The notes: generated by a model from the letters alone, not told the origin. A DNA stretch of 64,000 nucleotides from Polyangiaceae bacterium (GCA_965222375.1 CBDCTZ010000016.1:160001-224000); one strand, 5' to 3'. Counted from the first letter of the stretch, positions 34,606-45,017 are shown. Translations and numbers: made by a program.

Positions 34606-35334
34606 ATGATCTCTGACACGGTTTACGACGGATTCGCCAGTTTGCCTCAGGAGGACAAAGACCTCCTGGAAGAGTTCGAGCGCCTGCGGCGCAAGTTGTG
34701 GCTTTCCCCGGAAGACGCCGTGGAGGAGCTGTACCTTCTGGAATGGCGGATCGGCACTCGCCTGGGCGAGCTGCGCGAGACCCTGGCCGGCGCCCGGCGT
34801 CGAGACTCGGGGATCCCGGCGCCGACGGAACCCGTGCCCGCCGACGATTCACCTGCGCTCGACGCTCCTACGGGTCTGTTCGGCGAGGTGTACTTGCGGG
34901 AGCACCTGCCCGCGGAAGTCGGTCGGGCCAAGCGGCGGCGCGGCTGTGTGGCCGTTCTGGTGGTGGACGTGGATCGCCTCGCCTGTGGAGACGCCCACAT
35001 GCGGGTCGTGGCGCAAGAAGTCCTGGATGAATTGCGCGGCGTCTGTGTGAGGATCGAGCGAGCGCCGTTTGCGGTGCGCACCGGCGGCACCGAGGTGGTT
35101 GCGGTGGTGCCCGACCTGGACCAGCCGGGTGCCGGCGCTCTTGCCGAGCGCATACACGCTCGGGTGGTGCGTAGATTGAATCAAGCAAGCTCGGGGCCAG
35201 AAGACCGCATGACCGCCAGCGTTGGCTTTGGTGCTCTGCGCCCCGATGACGATTCGGACGCCCTGCTCTCGCGCGCAAGGCGCGGCCTCGTGCAGGCTCA
35301 GCGTGCCGGGTGCAATCGCGTCGCCGCCGCCTAG
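34606..35334 (+). CDS. Degenerate GGDEF-domain protein
   Basis: DAPTGL, VLVVDVD, RTGGTEV in place of RxGGDEF, TASVG, GCNRV. Confidence 0.8.
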   Translation: MISDTVYDGFASLPQEDKDLLEEFERLRRKLWLSPEDAVEELYLLEWRIGTRLGELRETLAGARRRDSGIPAPTEPVPADDSPALDAPTGLFGEVYLREHLPAEVGRAKRRRGCVAVLVVDVDRLACGDAHMRVVAQEVLDELRGVCVRIERAPFAVRTGGTEVVAVVPDLDQPGAGALAERIHARVVRRLNQASSGPEDRMTASVGFGALRPDDDSDALLSRARRGLVQAQRAGCNRVAAA

Positions 35335-35909
35335 CCCGGGCGCGGCTCGAGGTCCCAACTCCGCAGTGCCCGATACCGCGCGCCGCTCTGCGCCAACACC
35401 GACTCGAAGAGGACAACTCGGGACAAGAGCAGAGGGCCTGGAGCATTCAGCATGTCCAGGGCTGATGCTGAAATGGCGCCCCGGCGCTTCAACCGAGCCA
35501 GGGTCACGTGGGGCACGTAGGCTCGGGATTCACCTGAGCTGCCCAGCTCATTTGCGCGGGCGTCAACGATTCGTGCCAGCTCTCGCAAATCCTCCGAAGC
35601 ACCGAGTTGTGCGACGAAGACGGAGGCGCGGGTGGTGTTCGGAAACCCCATCAAGCCAAGACACTCGGTCGCCAAGGGCTCGACCGGGTCGAGCTGCTCG
35701 TCGAGGAAGTTCGCCAGGGCGTCGAGGTTCTCGTCGGTCACGTTGCCCAAGAAGCGCAGCGTGACGTGCATGTTTTTCGGGCGCACCCAGCGCGGGGACA
35801 GCTTGGACAGCGCCCCATCGCGACGCAAAGCGTCGCAGCAGTCGAACAGGGCGCTGCGGAGTTGCTCGGGCACCTCGAAGGCCAAGAACGCGCGCTTCGT
35901 GCCCGTCAC
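35331..35909 (-). CDS. thpR: RNA 2',3'-cyclic phosphodiesterase
   Basis: RAFLA and two HxT motifs (HVTLRFLG, PHVTLAR), LFES. Confidence 0.93.
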   Translation of the reverse strand: MTGTKRAFLAFEVPEQLRSALFDCCDALRRDGALSKLSPRWVRPKNMHVTLRFLGNVTDENLDALANFLDEQLDPVEPLATECLGLMGFPNTTRASVFVAQLGASEDLRELARIVDARANELGSSGESRAYVPHVTLARLKRRGAISASALDMLNAPGPLLLSRVVLFESVLAQSGARYRALRSWDLEPRPG

Positions 35910-37150
35910 GGATCGTGACCATTCCTGAGTACGTTCCGCAGAAGTGCGAGCACCGCAAAGGTGGAGAGCTGTCGGACCTGCGGTCGCGAGCCTGGAAAAC
36001 GCATTTGGCGATCGCTGACGCCATCCCGGGTCGCGACCGCGAAGTGCACCAAGCCCAAGGGCTTTTCCGGCGTACCCCCAGTAGGGCCCGCAATGCCCGT
36101 CGTTGCCACTGCCACATCCACGCCCAACGCCGACAGTGCGCCCTTCGCCATGGCGCGCGCGGTCTCAGCACTCACGGCGCCATGCTCCGCCAGCACCTCT
36201 TCCGGCACGTTGAGCGCCCGGGTCTTCACGTGGTTGGCGTAGCTCACCACACCCCCATCGAAGAAGGCACTGGCGCCGCCTCGCTCGGTGAGCACTTCGC
36301 CGACCATGCCGCCGGTGCAGGACTCGGCGGCGCCCAGCTTCAGTCCGGCCTGCTCCAGGAGCTGCCCAATCGCTTCGGCAAAGGTGACGTCTCCCTCCGC
36401 GTAGACCACGTCGTCGCCCAGGCGCTTGCGAACTTCGTCCGCTGCACCCCGGGCGCGCTGCTTAGCATGGTCCGCGTCGCTGTCTCGAGCGACGACTTTG
36501 ACTTCGATCTCCGGAAAGTGGGCTCGATAGGCGAGAGTGACCTGGTGCTCGGCCTCGATCCCCGCGAGCCGGTCGTTGACCGAGGACTCGGGCATTCCGA
36601 AGCTCTTGAGTCGGATTTGATGTATGGCGCCGGTGACGGAAGCGCTCAATTCCGGACCGACTAGCTCCGAGAACATCGTCTTCATCTCCCTGGGTACTCC
36701 GGGCATGAAGAACGCCTTGGCGGAGCCGATCTGCGTCGCGAACCCAGGTGCGGTTCCCTTTCGATTGGCGAGCACTTGCGCGCCGCGTGGAAAGTCCGCT
36801 TGCTTTTCGTTGCTGGTCGCCATCGTGCGTCCAAAGCGCGCCATGCGCTCTCTAATCGTCTCCAGGGATTCGGCGTCGCGTTCGAGGGGCACTTCGAGCA
36901 AGGCCGCGACGCACTCGCTGGTCATGTCATCCGTGGTCGGGCCCAAGCCGCCCGTGCACAGAATCACCGTGTGGGATTCGCCGAGTCGGCGCAGGGTCGA
37001 CACGATTCGCGCTTGATCATCCGGGATCGCCTGCATCTCGGTGACTTCGAGGCCCAGCCCGACCAGTGTGTCCGCGAGCCAGCTGGCATTCGTATTGACG
37101 ATCTCGCCTCGGGTGATCTCGGTTCCAATCGCGAGGATGGCGGCGCTCAT
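35906..37150 (-). CDS. cinA: Competence/damage-inducible protein CinA
   Basis: IGTEITRG..VNTN, GGLGPTTDD, PGVPREM, AESCTGG, TGIAGP. Confidence 0.95.
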   Translation of the reverse strand: MSAAILAIGTEITRGEIVNTNASWLADTLVGLGLEVTEMQAIPDDQARIVSTLRRLGESHTVILCTGGLGPTTDDMTSECVAALLEVPLERDAESLETIRERMARFGRTMATSNEKQADFPRGAQVLANRKGTAPGFATQIGSAKAFFMPGVPREMKTMFSELVGPELSASVTGAIHQIRLKSFGMPESSVNDRLAGIEAEHQVTLAYRAHFPEIEVKVVARDSDADHAKQRARGAADEVRKRLGDDVVYAEGDVTFAEAIGQLLEQAGLKLGAAESCTGGMVGEVLTERGGASAFFDGGVVSYANHVKTRALNVPEEVLAEHGAVSAETARAMAKGALSALGVDVAVATTGIAGPTGGTPEKPLGLVHFAVATRDGVSDRQMRFPGSRPQVRQLSTFAVLALLRNVLRNGHDP

Positions 37151-37201
37151 GGCGAGTACTGTGCCACAGCCGGGTGGCGGTCCGTGGAGGAAGAAACGGT
37201 G

Positions 37202-38432
37202 CTAGAGATCCGGGCGCACCAAGTCGTAGCCGTGATTGCCCTCGTACAGGCGCACCTCATCGAAGTACAGCTCTCGGTGCGTGATGCCCGCGTTGATGGA
37301 ATTCTCGACGTCGGTCTTGCCCTTCCAACGCCAGTAGTACATGCCGAACTTGAATCGGCCGCCGTTGCCCACTCCGTCGTAAACGGTCTTCAAGTTGAGG
37401 TTGGTCAGAACCTTCGAGCCGTTGCGCCAGACTTCGACCTGCCCGCCGGAGTTCTTCCAGACGATACGCACGACCCAGTCCATCCACTTTCCGCGCTCGA
37501 TCGCTCCGCAATCGTGTCCGCGAGGCTTCACGAACAGGAGGTTGCATTCGACGCGGTCGCCCATGACTTCGAACGCAACTGCGGGTGAGCCGGGTAGTCC
37601 GTGCTGCCACTGAGCGAAGGCAAAGCGGATTTCGTTGGCGATCGCGCTGGGCGCGAACACGAAGTTGGTTGGAAAGTAGGTGCTGAAGCCGTACCAACGC
37701 TCCACCCCGCTCGGGGGTAGCATGTTCCAGCCCTGCGGGTTTTTTGAGTCAATGCGCAGTTCGTTCCTGTGAGTCGCTTCGAAAGGCGCGGTCGGGAAGT
37801 TTCCGTCCGGCTGCGTCGGTTCGAGATAGAACTGGACTGAGTTCGACCCCTTGCGTGCCTGGCTGGTGGAGCGCTGTGACTTCAGGACCTTCAGTTCGTC
37901 GTCTCCGACGAAGACACACACGTCACGCCGGAACGTATCGTTGTAGTTGTTGCCAAAGCAGCCGTTGCTCTTCGCGAGCTCGGAAGCCGTGCGTTTTTGG
38001 ACGGGGTTGAAGCTACCTTCGAAGTCTTCGTAGATGACAGCGCTGCCACTGGCGCATCCCCCGCCGCAGTCCGCCGCGCAGGTCTTGCAATCCTCCTTTG
38101 CGGCGCAGGTCCCGTCTCCACAGACGGCAGGTGTGCATTTTCCGCAGTCGGCTTCGCAGCTCTTGCAGTCTTCGTTGGCGTTGCACGATCCGTCGCCACA
38201 GCCCCCCGAGCCAGAGCTGCCCGCACTACCACTCGTGCCGGCGCCCCCGGACTTCCCGGCCGCCCCGCCACTGGAAGCGGCTCCCTGGCCGCCGCTTCCG
38301 CCGGCGACTCCGCCGCTGCCCCCGGCCCCGCCCGAGGCGGCGCCGCCATCCTCGTCAGAAGACGAGCAAGCGCTGATGAAGATGGCCCCTGAAGCGGCCA
38401 GGAGAAGGATCGAAAATCGTTTCAGCAACACG
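37202..38432 (-). CDS. Lipoprotein with Cys-rich repeats and a polysaccharide-lyase-like (heparin lyase I-type) domain
   Basis: Lipobox ISAC, two CGDGxC...C..DCG repeats, HRNEL, WYGFS, FAQWQ, FKFGMY, YFDEV. Start uncertain. Confidence 0.7.
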
Positions 38433-38606
38433 TTAGGCGCGCTCCATTTCTTTCTTGGAGGAAGTTTCACGCACCTCGCGGGGTTTCGCAACGCTCCCAG
38501 CAAGCGTTCGTGATCCGCGTCGTGCTAGACCGTCGCGGCTGCGCGGTCGATTACGTCGGATTACAATTGCGACGCCGATGCCGCTCTCTGCGGAAGGGCT
38601 GAAGGG

Positions 38607-39464
38607 CTAACGATAGACACAGCGAAACCCCGTCTGCGCCGGAGTGGGGTCTGCTACCGGCCGCGCTGCGGGTTTCAGTTCCGCTGCCAGCCGTGACGCG
38701 AAGGATCCGCCCAACGCCATGTAGCGGCCGTCGGGAGCGCGTGCCCACTCGGCCAAGTTGCCAGCAAGATCGTGGACGCCCTCGGGCGTGGCGCCGTCAG
38801 GGCGCGCACCGGCCAGGTCTGGCCCCATCGCGCCGCTGCCACAGGGTCCGCTCTCCAAGCCGAAGCTAGCGCGGCGGCAAACGAGACCCGTTTGGCCCCA
38901 GGGAAATCGCCTTGCAGACGTTCCCATCGCCGCGGCGAGCCACTCGTCCACCAGAGGTAGCCGCCCCCCGGCCCAAGCGCAAAAAGTGGCGGCCTGCTTC
39001 GGCGAGACCTCTCGAACGGGTCGCCCAGGCTCGCCCTGCCGAGCCGCGCAGATCCCGGCGGCCGCGCAGGGCTGCCACTGAGAGAGCGTGACTTCGTGAG
39101 AGTCGATTTGGAAGGCGACGATCTTCACCGTGCGGCGCCCCTTGGTCATCTTGGGCTCCCAATCCGCGACGGACAGCTCGAAACTGCCACCCGGGATGTT
39201 CACGCGCGTCACTCGGGCTACGCAGCCCGCCTTGGTTGGTTGCATCCCACTGCCACAGGCCGTGGGCGTGCCCGTGCAGCGCCCGGCCTCCTCCTGCTGC
39301 CCGACGCCGCAGCAACGGGACGCGCCCGCCTCGAGCCCGGGAGGACAGCGCTGTGGACGCTCTCGCTCACCGCCGCCGAGGATCAAGACCGGAATCAGGA
39401 CGCCAGCGGCCAGTAGGGCGAGTCCGCCTGCGAGCAGATAGCTCTTCCAATAGGATCGATGCAT
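38607..39464 (-). CDS. SUMF1/FGE-sulfatase domain membrane protein
   Basis: IDSHEVT, GGRLP..DEW, FPWG, DLAGNLAEW, GGSF, GFRC. Confidence 0.85.
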   Translation of the reverse strand: MHRSYWKSYLLAGGLALLAAGVLIPVLILGGGERERPQRCPPGLEAGASRCCGVGQQEEAGRCTGTPTACGSGMQPTKAGCVARVTRVNIPGGSFELSVADWEPKMTKGRRTVKIVAFQIDSHEVTLSQWQPCAAAGICAARQGEPGRPVREVSPKQAATFCAWAGGRLPLVDEWLAAAMGTSARRFPWGQTGLVCRRASFGLESGPCGSGAMGPDLAGARPDGATPEGVHDLAGNLAEWARAPDGRYMALGGSFASRLAAELKPAARPVADPTPAQTGFRCVYR

Positions 39465-39494
39465 GCTCGTCCAGAACGGATGGCGCGCTTTTTT

Positions 39495-39920
39495 CTAGCC
39501 ACTGTCCGCGCAGCTGCCCTCGCACTCCCACTTGCCGTTTACGCAGACAGGATTTCCGCACAGGCAGGAGAAGCTTCCGGTGCAACCGCCGTCGCCGCCC
39601 GCATCACTGCCTGCCTCCGCAGCGTTAGGAAGACAGCACTGTTGAGAGCAGCCCCCACAGGTATCGCAGGGCTGAGGACAGTCGTTGGTCAGCGGCGCCG
39701 GGGCCAAGTGGTAGCCGGGGTCGCAGCCCCCTGCGCAGCCGCAGACGCCGCCGGCTTGGACGCAGCCCTGTCCGGGCGGAGGTGAGTCGGCTTTCGCGTC
39801 GCTAGTACCTCCGCCGCTGCCAGTGCTTCCCCCAGTGCCAGAACCGCCGGAGCCGCTCGACCCACAGGCCACGACCAGGGAGACGGCCAGCCCCAACACC
39901 AAACCCCGTGCGCTCACCAT
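39495..39920 (-). CDS. Small Cys-rich lipoprotein
   Basis: Lipobox VVAC, Gly linker, two Cys clusters. Confidence 0.7.
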   Translation of the reverse strand: MVSARGLVLGLAVSLVVACGSSGSGGSGTGGSTGSGGGTSDAKADSPPPGQGCVQAGGVCGCAGGCDPGYHLAPAPLTNDCPQPCDTCGGCSQQCCLPNAAEAGSDAGGDGGCTGSFSCLCGNPVCVNGKWECEGSCADSG

Positions 39921-39972
39921 TCCGGCATTCTAGCAGAGCTTGCTGGGATCGGATTTCCCTGGCCCAACTCGC

Positions 39973-42513
39973 TCACGCTTCTGTCCGGCGTAGCCGATGT
40001 CGGATGACCTCCCAAATGGGTGTGGACTCGTAGTCCATGCCTTTCCAGTCGTCCTCACGGAATGAGTAAAACGCCCAATGGAAGCCGCGGGCCTCGATGA
40101 TCGACAGCAAGTCGTCGAGGTACTCGCGGGCTCCGGGGTTGTTACGGAAGCAACCGAACTCGCCCGCGAAAATGCGCGTTGGCGCTAGCTTGTGCCTGCG
40201 TTGCCAGGTTGCAACCGGCTCCAGGAAAGCCTCGAGGCGGCTCCTGTTCCACTCTTCGGTGTCCCTCGGGCTGTCAGCATCCTTGGGAACGTGGCCAGGG
40301 TAGCGGAAGCGACCCCGGTTGCGACGGCTCGTGAACAGCCACGGCTCGTACATGTGAAAGGAATAGAGCACGTTGTCGTCCGGCAGCGGCTCCAGGGCAC
40401 CGAACGTGGCTGGCGACGCGTCCAACGAGCTTTCCACGATGATGGGCGTCGTGGGATCGACGGCTCGGATGGCAGCGTGCAGCCTGCGGTACAGCTGATT
40501 CGGGTCTGCAACGGTTTCGTGAGCCTTGCGCTGCCACGCAGCCAGCTTGGGATCATGCGCGTCGAAGATGTTGTCGCCTGCCTCCGGACGGGGCTCGTTG
40601 AGTAGGTCGTAGGCGACCAGCGCAGGGTGATCGCCCAGGGTCATCGCGATCTGTTGCCAGAACAGGGCAGCTTTGGCGTGAAACGCCTCACTTCGCCAAA
40701 GGCGGAGATCGTTCTTGTCGTCGTTGTGTTGTTTCCAGCGCGCGCCTGGCAACGACAGAGTGGTGAGAACCACGGGCAGGCGTTCCGCAAGCGCCTCGTC
40801 CAGGACTCGTCGCACGCGGGCTACGTCCCGCTGCACCAGCTCTGAAAACGTGCTGGCGTCTCCCAGGAGGAAGTCGCGACGTGCGGTGTGCCATTTGTTT
40901 GGTGCCAGACGCACGAACTCGATGCCGGCATCGCGCGCCGCTCGCAGCCGTTTTCTGGTTTCGACCAGGTTGAACAAATTCGCGCCACGTCGGCGCTTCG
41001 TCCAGAAGGACGGCCGGTCGCTGCGCGCCGCGCGGCGGGATGCTTGTGCAATCAGGCGTGAGGGATCCCGTTCGAGGCTGCGCAGGGCGTTCCGTGCCTC
41101 GTTGCACTCGGGCAGAGAGCTCGTCGCGCAGCGCTTGCCCAATTGCGTGATGGCATTCAGGCGTGAGGCAGACGTTCCAGGTCCTCGGGCAGCGACGAGC
41201 AACTCACGCATGGTTCGTTTCGGCGGCGGCGGCGGTACCGCGGGGACCTGAGACAGCAGATTGCGGAAATGGCGCGGAAGCCGAAGTGCACGGGAAAGAT
41301 CAGCGGAAGTCCTCGGGCCACCTTTCCGTGTCTCAGCGACGAAGCGTCGCACGCCCGCGAAGAACGCCGCGTCGCCGATGTGCCTGCGAATTGCGTCGAG
41401 CACGAGGAAGCCGCGCGCGTATGGCCAGGGACCCCCAACTCTTTCTGGTGGGGCGCCATGCCTCAACCGTAGCGGGCGGCCTTTGCCGTCGCGCAGCAAG
41501 CGCTCCTGGCGCCGCGTGGCGAGCGCGAGTTCTCGCTCGTATTCTGACCTGCCCCAGCGCTGTTCCTTCCACGCCGCGGTCATGAACGTCGCGAACCCTT
41601 CGTTGAGCCAGAACTCGGACCAGGCGGCGCAGGTTGCGAGATTGCCCCACCAAGCGTGGGAGAGCTCGTGCGCTAGCAACCAGTCTTCGCGCCCATCGGC
41701 GAGGAGTTCATGCGCATAGCCGTCGCGCACCAGCGCGAAGCTGGCGTATTCCTGCGCGACGCGTCCTCGCGCAAAGACGAACCTGAACCTCTTCTCCGGG
41801 TAGGGCAGACCGCTCGTCTTCTCGAAGAAGTGGAGCATGCCCTCCAGTTCCTGCAGAGCTCCGGCAACGTCCCGCGGCGCCCGTCGGGAGCCGAGTACCT
41901 CGAGACTCACTCCGGACGCGCTTCGTCGACTTTCACTCCAGAAATCGCCGGCAGCAAAGCCGTGCACGTAGGCTGGATAGGTGTGGGACAGTCCGGTCGA
42001 ATCGATGCGAGCAAAGTGCGTCGGCAGCCGAAGCCGGAGTTCAAAATCGGCGCGATGGTCCGGCGCGAAGATGCAGGGCATCCAGCGCCGGGTATCGAAC
42101 GCCGTATAGATTTGGTCTCGAAATACGTGCAGTCCCTTGGACGCGGGAGCGACGTAGCGAAGGCGGAAAAAGCGCCGTTCCCCAGGGAGCCAACCTCGGG
42201 GCGTCGATAGCTCGATGGTTGTGGCAGAGCGCCTGTATTTCACGGACGCAGCGAGCACGTCGAGCCCAACAGCATCGAGCACGAGCGGCTCACGCCCCAC
42301 CGCGACCTCGAGCTCCAGCTCGGCGGAAAACGGTGGTTTCAGCTTGCGAAGATCGAGGCCCAAGCCATAGCGCAGGATGGCTGCTCGCTCATTGGGTTCG
42401 CTGGTCGCATCCCTTCCAGTTGCGCGCTTCGACAGGTGCGGCGCCGCAGCGCAGCCAGAAAGGGCTAGGGCGGCGTGAGCGATGAGGGCACGGCGGGACA
42501 CTTCGACAGACAT
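39973..42513 (-). CDS. Tat lipoprotein: M1 aminopeptidase fused to a GH5 glycoside hydrolase
   Basis: SRRALI...LSGC signal; HELSH-x18-E (WLNEGFA); GH5 motifs RGAN, VRL, YDLLNEP, SFHMYEP, GEFG, W.FY.FRE. Confidence 0.8.
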   Translation of the reverse strand: MSVEVSRRALIAHAALALSGCAAAPHLSKRATGRDATSEPNERAAILRYGLGLDLRKLKPPFSAELELEVAVGREPLVLDAVGLDVLAASVKYRRSATTIELSTPRGWLPGERRFFRLRYVAPASKGLHVFRDQIYTAFDTRRWMPCIFAPDHRADFELRLRLPTHFARIDSTGLSHTYPAYVHGFAAGDFWSESRRSASGVSLEVLGSRRAPRDVAGALQELEGMLHFFEKTSGLPYPEKRFRFVFARGRVAQEYASFALVRDGYAHELLADGREDWLLAHELSHAWWGNLATCAAWSEFWLNEGFATFMTAAWKEQRWGRSEYERELALATRRQERLLRDGKGRPLRLRHGAPPERVGGPWPYARGFLVLDAIRRHIGDAAFFAGVRRFVAETRKGGPRTSADLSRALRLPRHFRNLLSQVPAVPPPPPKRTMRELLVAARGPGTSASRLNAITQLGKRCATSSLPECNEARNALRSLERDPSRLIAQASRRAARSDRPSFWTKRRRGANLFNLVETRKRLRAARDAGIEFVRLAPNKWHTARRDFLLGDASTFSELVQRDVARVRRVLDEALAERLPVVLTTLSLPGARWKQHNDDKNDLRLWRSEAFHAKAALFWQQIAMTLGDHPALVAYDLLNEPRPEAGDNIFDAHDPKLAAWQRKAHETVADPNQLYRRLHAAIRAVDPTTPIIVESSLDASPATFGALEPLPDDNVLYSFHMYEPWLFTSRRNRGRFRYPGHVPKDADSPRDTEEWNRSRLEAFLEPVATWQRRHKLAPTRIFAGEFGCFRNNPGAREYLDDLLSIIEARGFHWAFYSFREDDWKGMDYESTPIWEVIRHRLRRTEA

Positions 42514-42605
42514 CGCCTAACCCGCTCAACGCCCCTGTTTCTTCGAGTCCGCCCTTGCGCGAACTCGGAAACTGATTAACTCAAGGCTCCACAGGGGACG
42601 CAAGC

Positions 42606-43424
42606 GTGGCAGATTTCAAAAAGAAGGTGCGGCTGGGTCGCACGGGCCTCGAAGTTGGGCGTCTCGGCCTAGGCAGTTCCTACAAAGCCGGAACGGCAGC
42701 CTACGAAAAGGCCTTCGAGCACGGCGCCAACTACTTCTACTGGGGCTCGATGCGGCGCGATGACATGGGCCAGGCCATTCGAAATATCGCGCCCCGGCAT
42801 CGGGACGACTTGGTCGTCGTGGTGCAGAGCTACGCTCGGGCAGGCTTTTTCGTGAAGCTCTCCGTGGAGCGCGCGCTGCGCCAGCTCAAGCTTGACTACG
42901 CGGATGTGCTGCTTTTGGGCTGGCACAACTCGGCGCCGTGGGAAACGGTCATGGCCGGCGCGCGAAAGCTGGTGGAGAGTGGTCGCGTCAAATACCTCGC
43001 GCTTTCGAGTCATCAGCGGACCTTGTTTCCCAAGCTCGTCAGTTCCGAGATCGACGTCTTCCACGTACGCTATAACGCCGTGCATCGGGGTGCCGAGCGC
43101 GAGGTGTTTCCCGTCCTCGAAGGCAAACCCCCTGCAGAGCGTCCGGGGATCGTGTCGTACACCACCACCCGCTGGGGCCACCTTTGCGATCCCAAGCGTA
43201 CGCCGGCGGGTGAGCGCACCCCGAGCGGCACGGACTGCTACCGTTTTGCGCTTTCGGATCCCCACGTCGACGTCGCTGTCGCGGGCCCGGCGAATCCACA
43301 GCAGATGGACCAAGCGCTGCGCGCGCTGGAGCTGGGCCCGATGCCCGACGAGGAGCTGGCCTGGATGCGTCGCGTGGGCGACGGCATCTACGGCAGGGAC
43401 GCGACTAGCGGCGTGCGGGATTGA
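42606..43424 (+). CDS. Aldo/keto reductase family protein
   Basis: RLGRTGLEVGRLGLG, SVERALRQLKLDYADVLLL, GRVKYLALS. Confidence 0.85.
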   Translation: MADFKKKVRLGRTGLEVGRLGLGSSYKAGTAAYEKAFEHGANYFYWGSMRRDDMGQAIRNIAPRHRDDLVVVVQSYARAGFFVKLSVERALRQLKLDYADVLLLGWHNSAPWETVMAGARKLVESGRVKYLALSSHQRTLFPKLVSSEIDVFHVRYNAVHRGAEREVFPVLEGKPPAERPGIVSYTTTRWGHLCDPKRTPAGERTPSGTDCYRFALSDPHVDVAVAGPANPQQMDQALRALELGPMPDEELAWMRRVGDGIYGRDATSGVRD

Positions 43425-43589
43425 CGGATGGAGTCTGCCCACTCGCGCTGCTTCCTGCCCTGCCTCGCGTGTGACAGCGCGAATGAGAAGGCGTCAAGCG
43501 TGTCGCAACGAAAGCCGGCGCTCCACGCGCCGCGTCCGGGTTTCGCAGCGCGCGAGCATGATAGCCGATTGTGCTACGCTGACGCGCCG

Positions 43590-44159
43590 ATGGTCTCGCC
43601 AGCACCTCGCCACCGCTACACCCTCGAGGACTACCTCTCCGTGGAGGAGATGAGCCGGGTCAAACACGAGTTCCTGAATGGGGAGATCGTTGCGATGGCC
43701 GGTGGGTCGCCGGAGCACGCTGCGCTTTCCGCGGCGATCATCGTCCTTCTGGGGCGCGAGCTCAGGCCACCCTGCCGGCCCTACAGTTCCGACCTACGAG
43801 TGCACGTTCCGACAGCCAACGTCTATACGTATCCAGACGCCGCTGTCGTGTGCGGTGCGCCAGTCCGCGACGCCAACTCGCCAACGCACGTCACGAACCC
43901 GACGCTGCTCGTCGAAGTTTTGAGCCCGAGCACGGAAGAGTACGATCGCGGGGAGAAGCGCGAGCAGTATCAGTTGCTAGAGTCGCTACGCGAGTATGTC
44001 CTCGTGGCGGTAGACCGTCGTCGGGTCGAGGTCTTCGCCCGTTCAGAGTCAGGCCCGTGGTCGCATCACGTATACGAAGCTGGTGCAAGCGCCGAGCTGC
44101 CGTCGATCCGCGTGACCATTGGCGTGGACGAGCTGTATGACACCGCGGGTCACGCCTAG
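43590..44159 (+). CDS. Uma2 family endonuclease-like protein
   Basis: YTLEDYL, KHEFLNGEIVAMAGGS..H, YPD, VEVLSPSTEEYDRGEK. ATG 43590. Confidence 0.9.
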   Translation: MVSPAPRHRYTLEDYLSVEEMSRVKHEFLNGEIVAMAGGSPEHAALSAAIIVLLGRELRPPCRPYSSDLRVHVPTANVYTYPDAAVVCGAPVRDANSPTHVTNPTLLVEVLSPSTEEYDRGEKREQYQLLESLREYVLVAVDRRRVEVFARSESGPWSHHVYEAGASAELPSIRVTIGVDELYDTAGHA

Positions 44160-44246
44160 CCTTCGCCCATCGCTGTGCGAGAAGTTGACTCCACGCGCAC
44201 CCGTTCGCCCCGCCGCTTTGCGCGCCTTTCGGGCGGCGCTGGGCGG

Positions 44247-45017
44247 TCATGCCTGCGGCGCTTCGGCGGCCACGTGGAATTCCAGGTCCGCGAGCCCGGT
44301 GCAGCGCACCACGATGTGATCCCCCGGGCTCAGCCGGCCGACGCCCTCGGGCGTGCCCGTGAGCAGTACGTCCCCCGGCTCCAAGGTCATCACGGCGCTG
44401 GCGCGTGCGACGATCTGGGGCACGTCGAATACCATGTTGGACACGGGCGAACTCTGACGCAGCTCCCCGTTTTGAAACAGCTCCAGGGTGGCGTTGGCGC
44501 GATCGAATTCCGTGTCTAGCGTCGGCCCCAGAGGGCAAAAAGTGTCGAACCCTTTGGCCCGGGTCCATTGGCCGTCTCGTTTCTGCAGGTCCCGGGCGGT
44601 GACGTCGCAGGCCAGGGTGTAGCCGAAAACGTACTGCATGGCGTGCTTGGCAGAGACGCGTCGCGCTCGACGCCCAACGACCACCGCGAGCTCGCCTTCG
44701 TACTCCACACATTCGCTCTCGGGCGGCAGCAACACCGTGCCCCCCGGATCGAGCAGAGAAGATACGGGCTTGAAGAAGAACAACGGCTCTTTAGGTACCT
44801 CGTTGCCCAGCTCCGCGGCGTGCGCCCGGTAGTTTCGCCCGACGCACAAGATCTTGGATGGGCGGGCTGGCGCCAGTGGTGTTCCCATCGAGTGGGGGGC
44901 GCCTTCGAGCTCCCCGCCGTCCCAGGGCGCGTCGTCGAGCCTTTGCGCCGTGTCGCCATCGACCGCGACGAAAGTGTCCTCGCCGCTCATGCCACGGATT
45001 TTGGCAAAGCGTGTCAC
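44247..45017 (-). CDS. Fumarylacetoacetate hydrolase family protein
   Basis: KILCVGRNYRAH, FFKP, YEGEL, DVTARD, KGFDTFCPLGP, TGTPEGVG. Start set at GTG 45017. Confidence 0.93.
   Translation of the reverse strand: MTRFAKIRGMSGEDTFVAVDGDTAQRLDDAPWDGGELEGAPHSMGTPLAPARPSKILCVGRNYRAHAAELGNEVPKEPLFFFKPVSSLLDPGGTVLLPPESECVEYEGELAVVVGRRARRVSAKHAMQYVFGYTLACDVTARDLQKRDGQWTRAKGFDTFCPLGPTLDTEFDRANATLELFQNGELRQSSPVSNMVFDVPQIVARASAVMTLEPGDVLLTGTPEGVGRLSPGDHIVVRCTGLADLEFHVAAEAPQA

Noticed and set aside
43590..44159. Uma2 gene as part of a restriction or defence system
   Set aside because: Solitary, with no methylase or other defence genes nearby; this family is commonly multi-copy and stand-alone.
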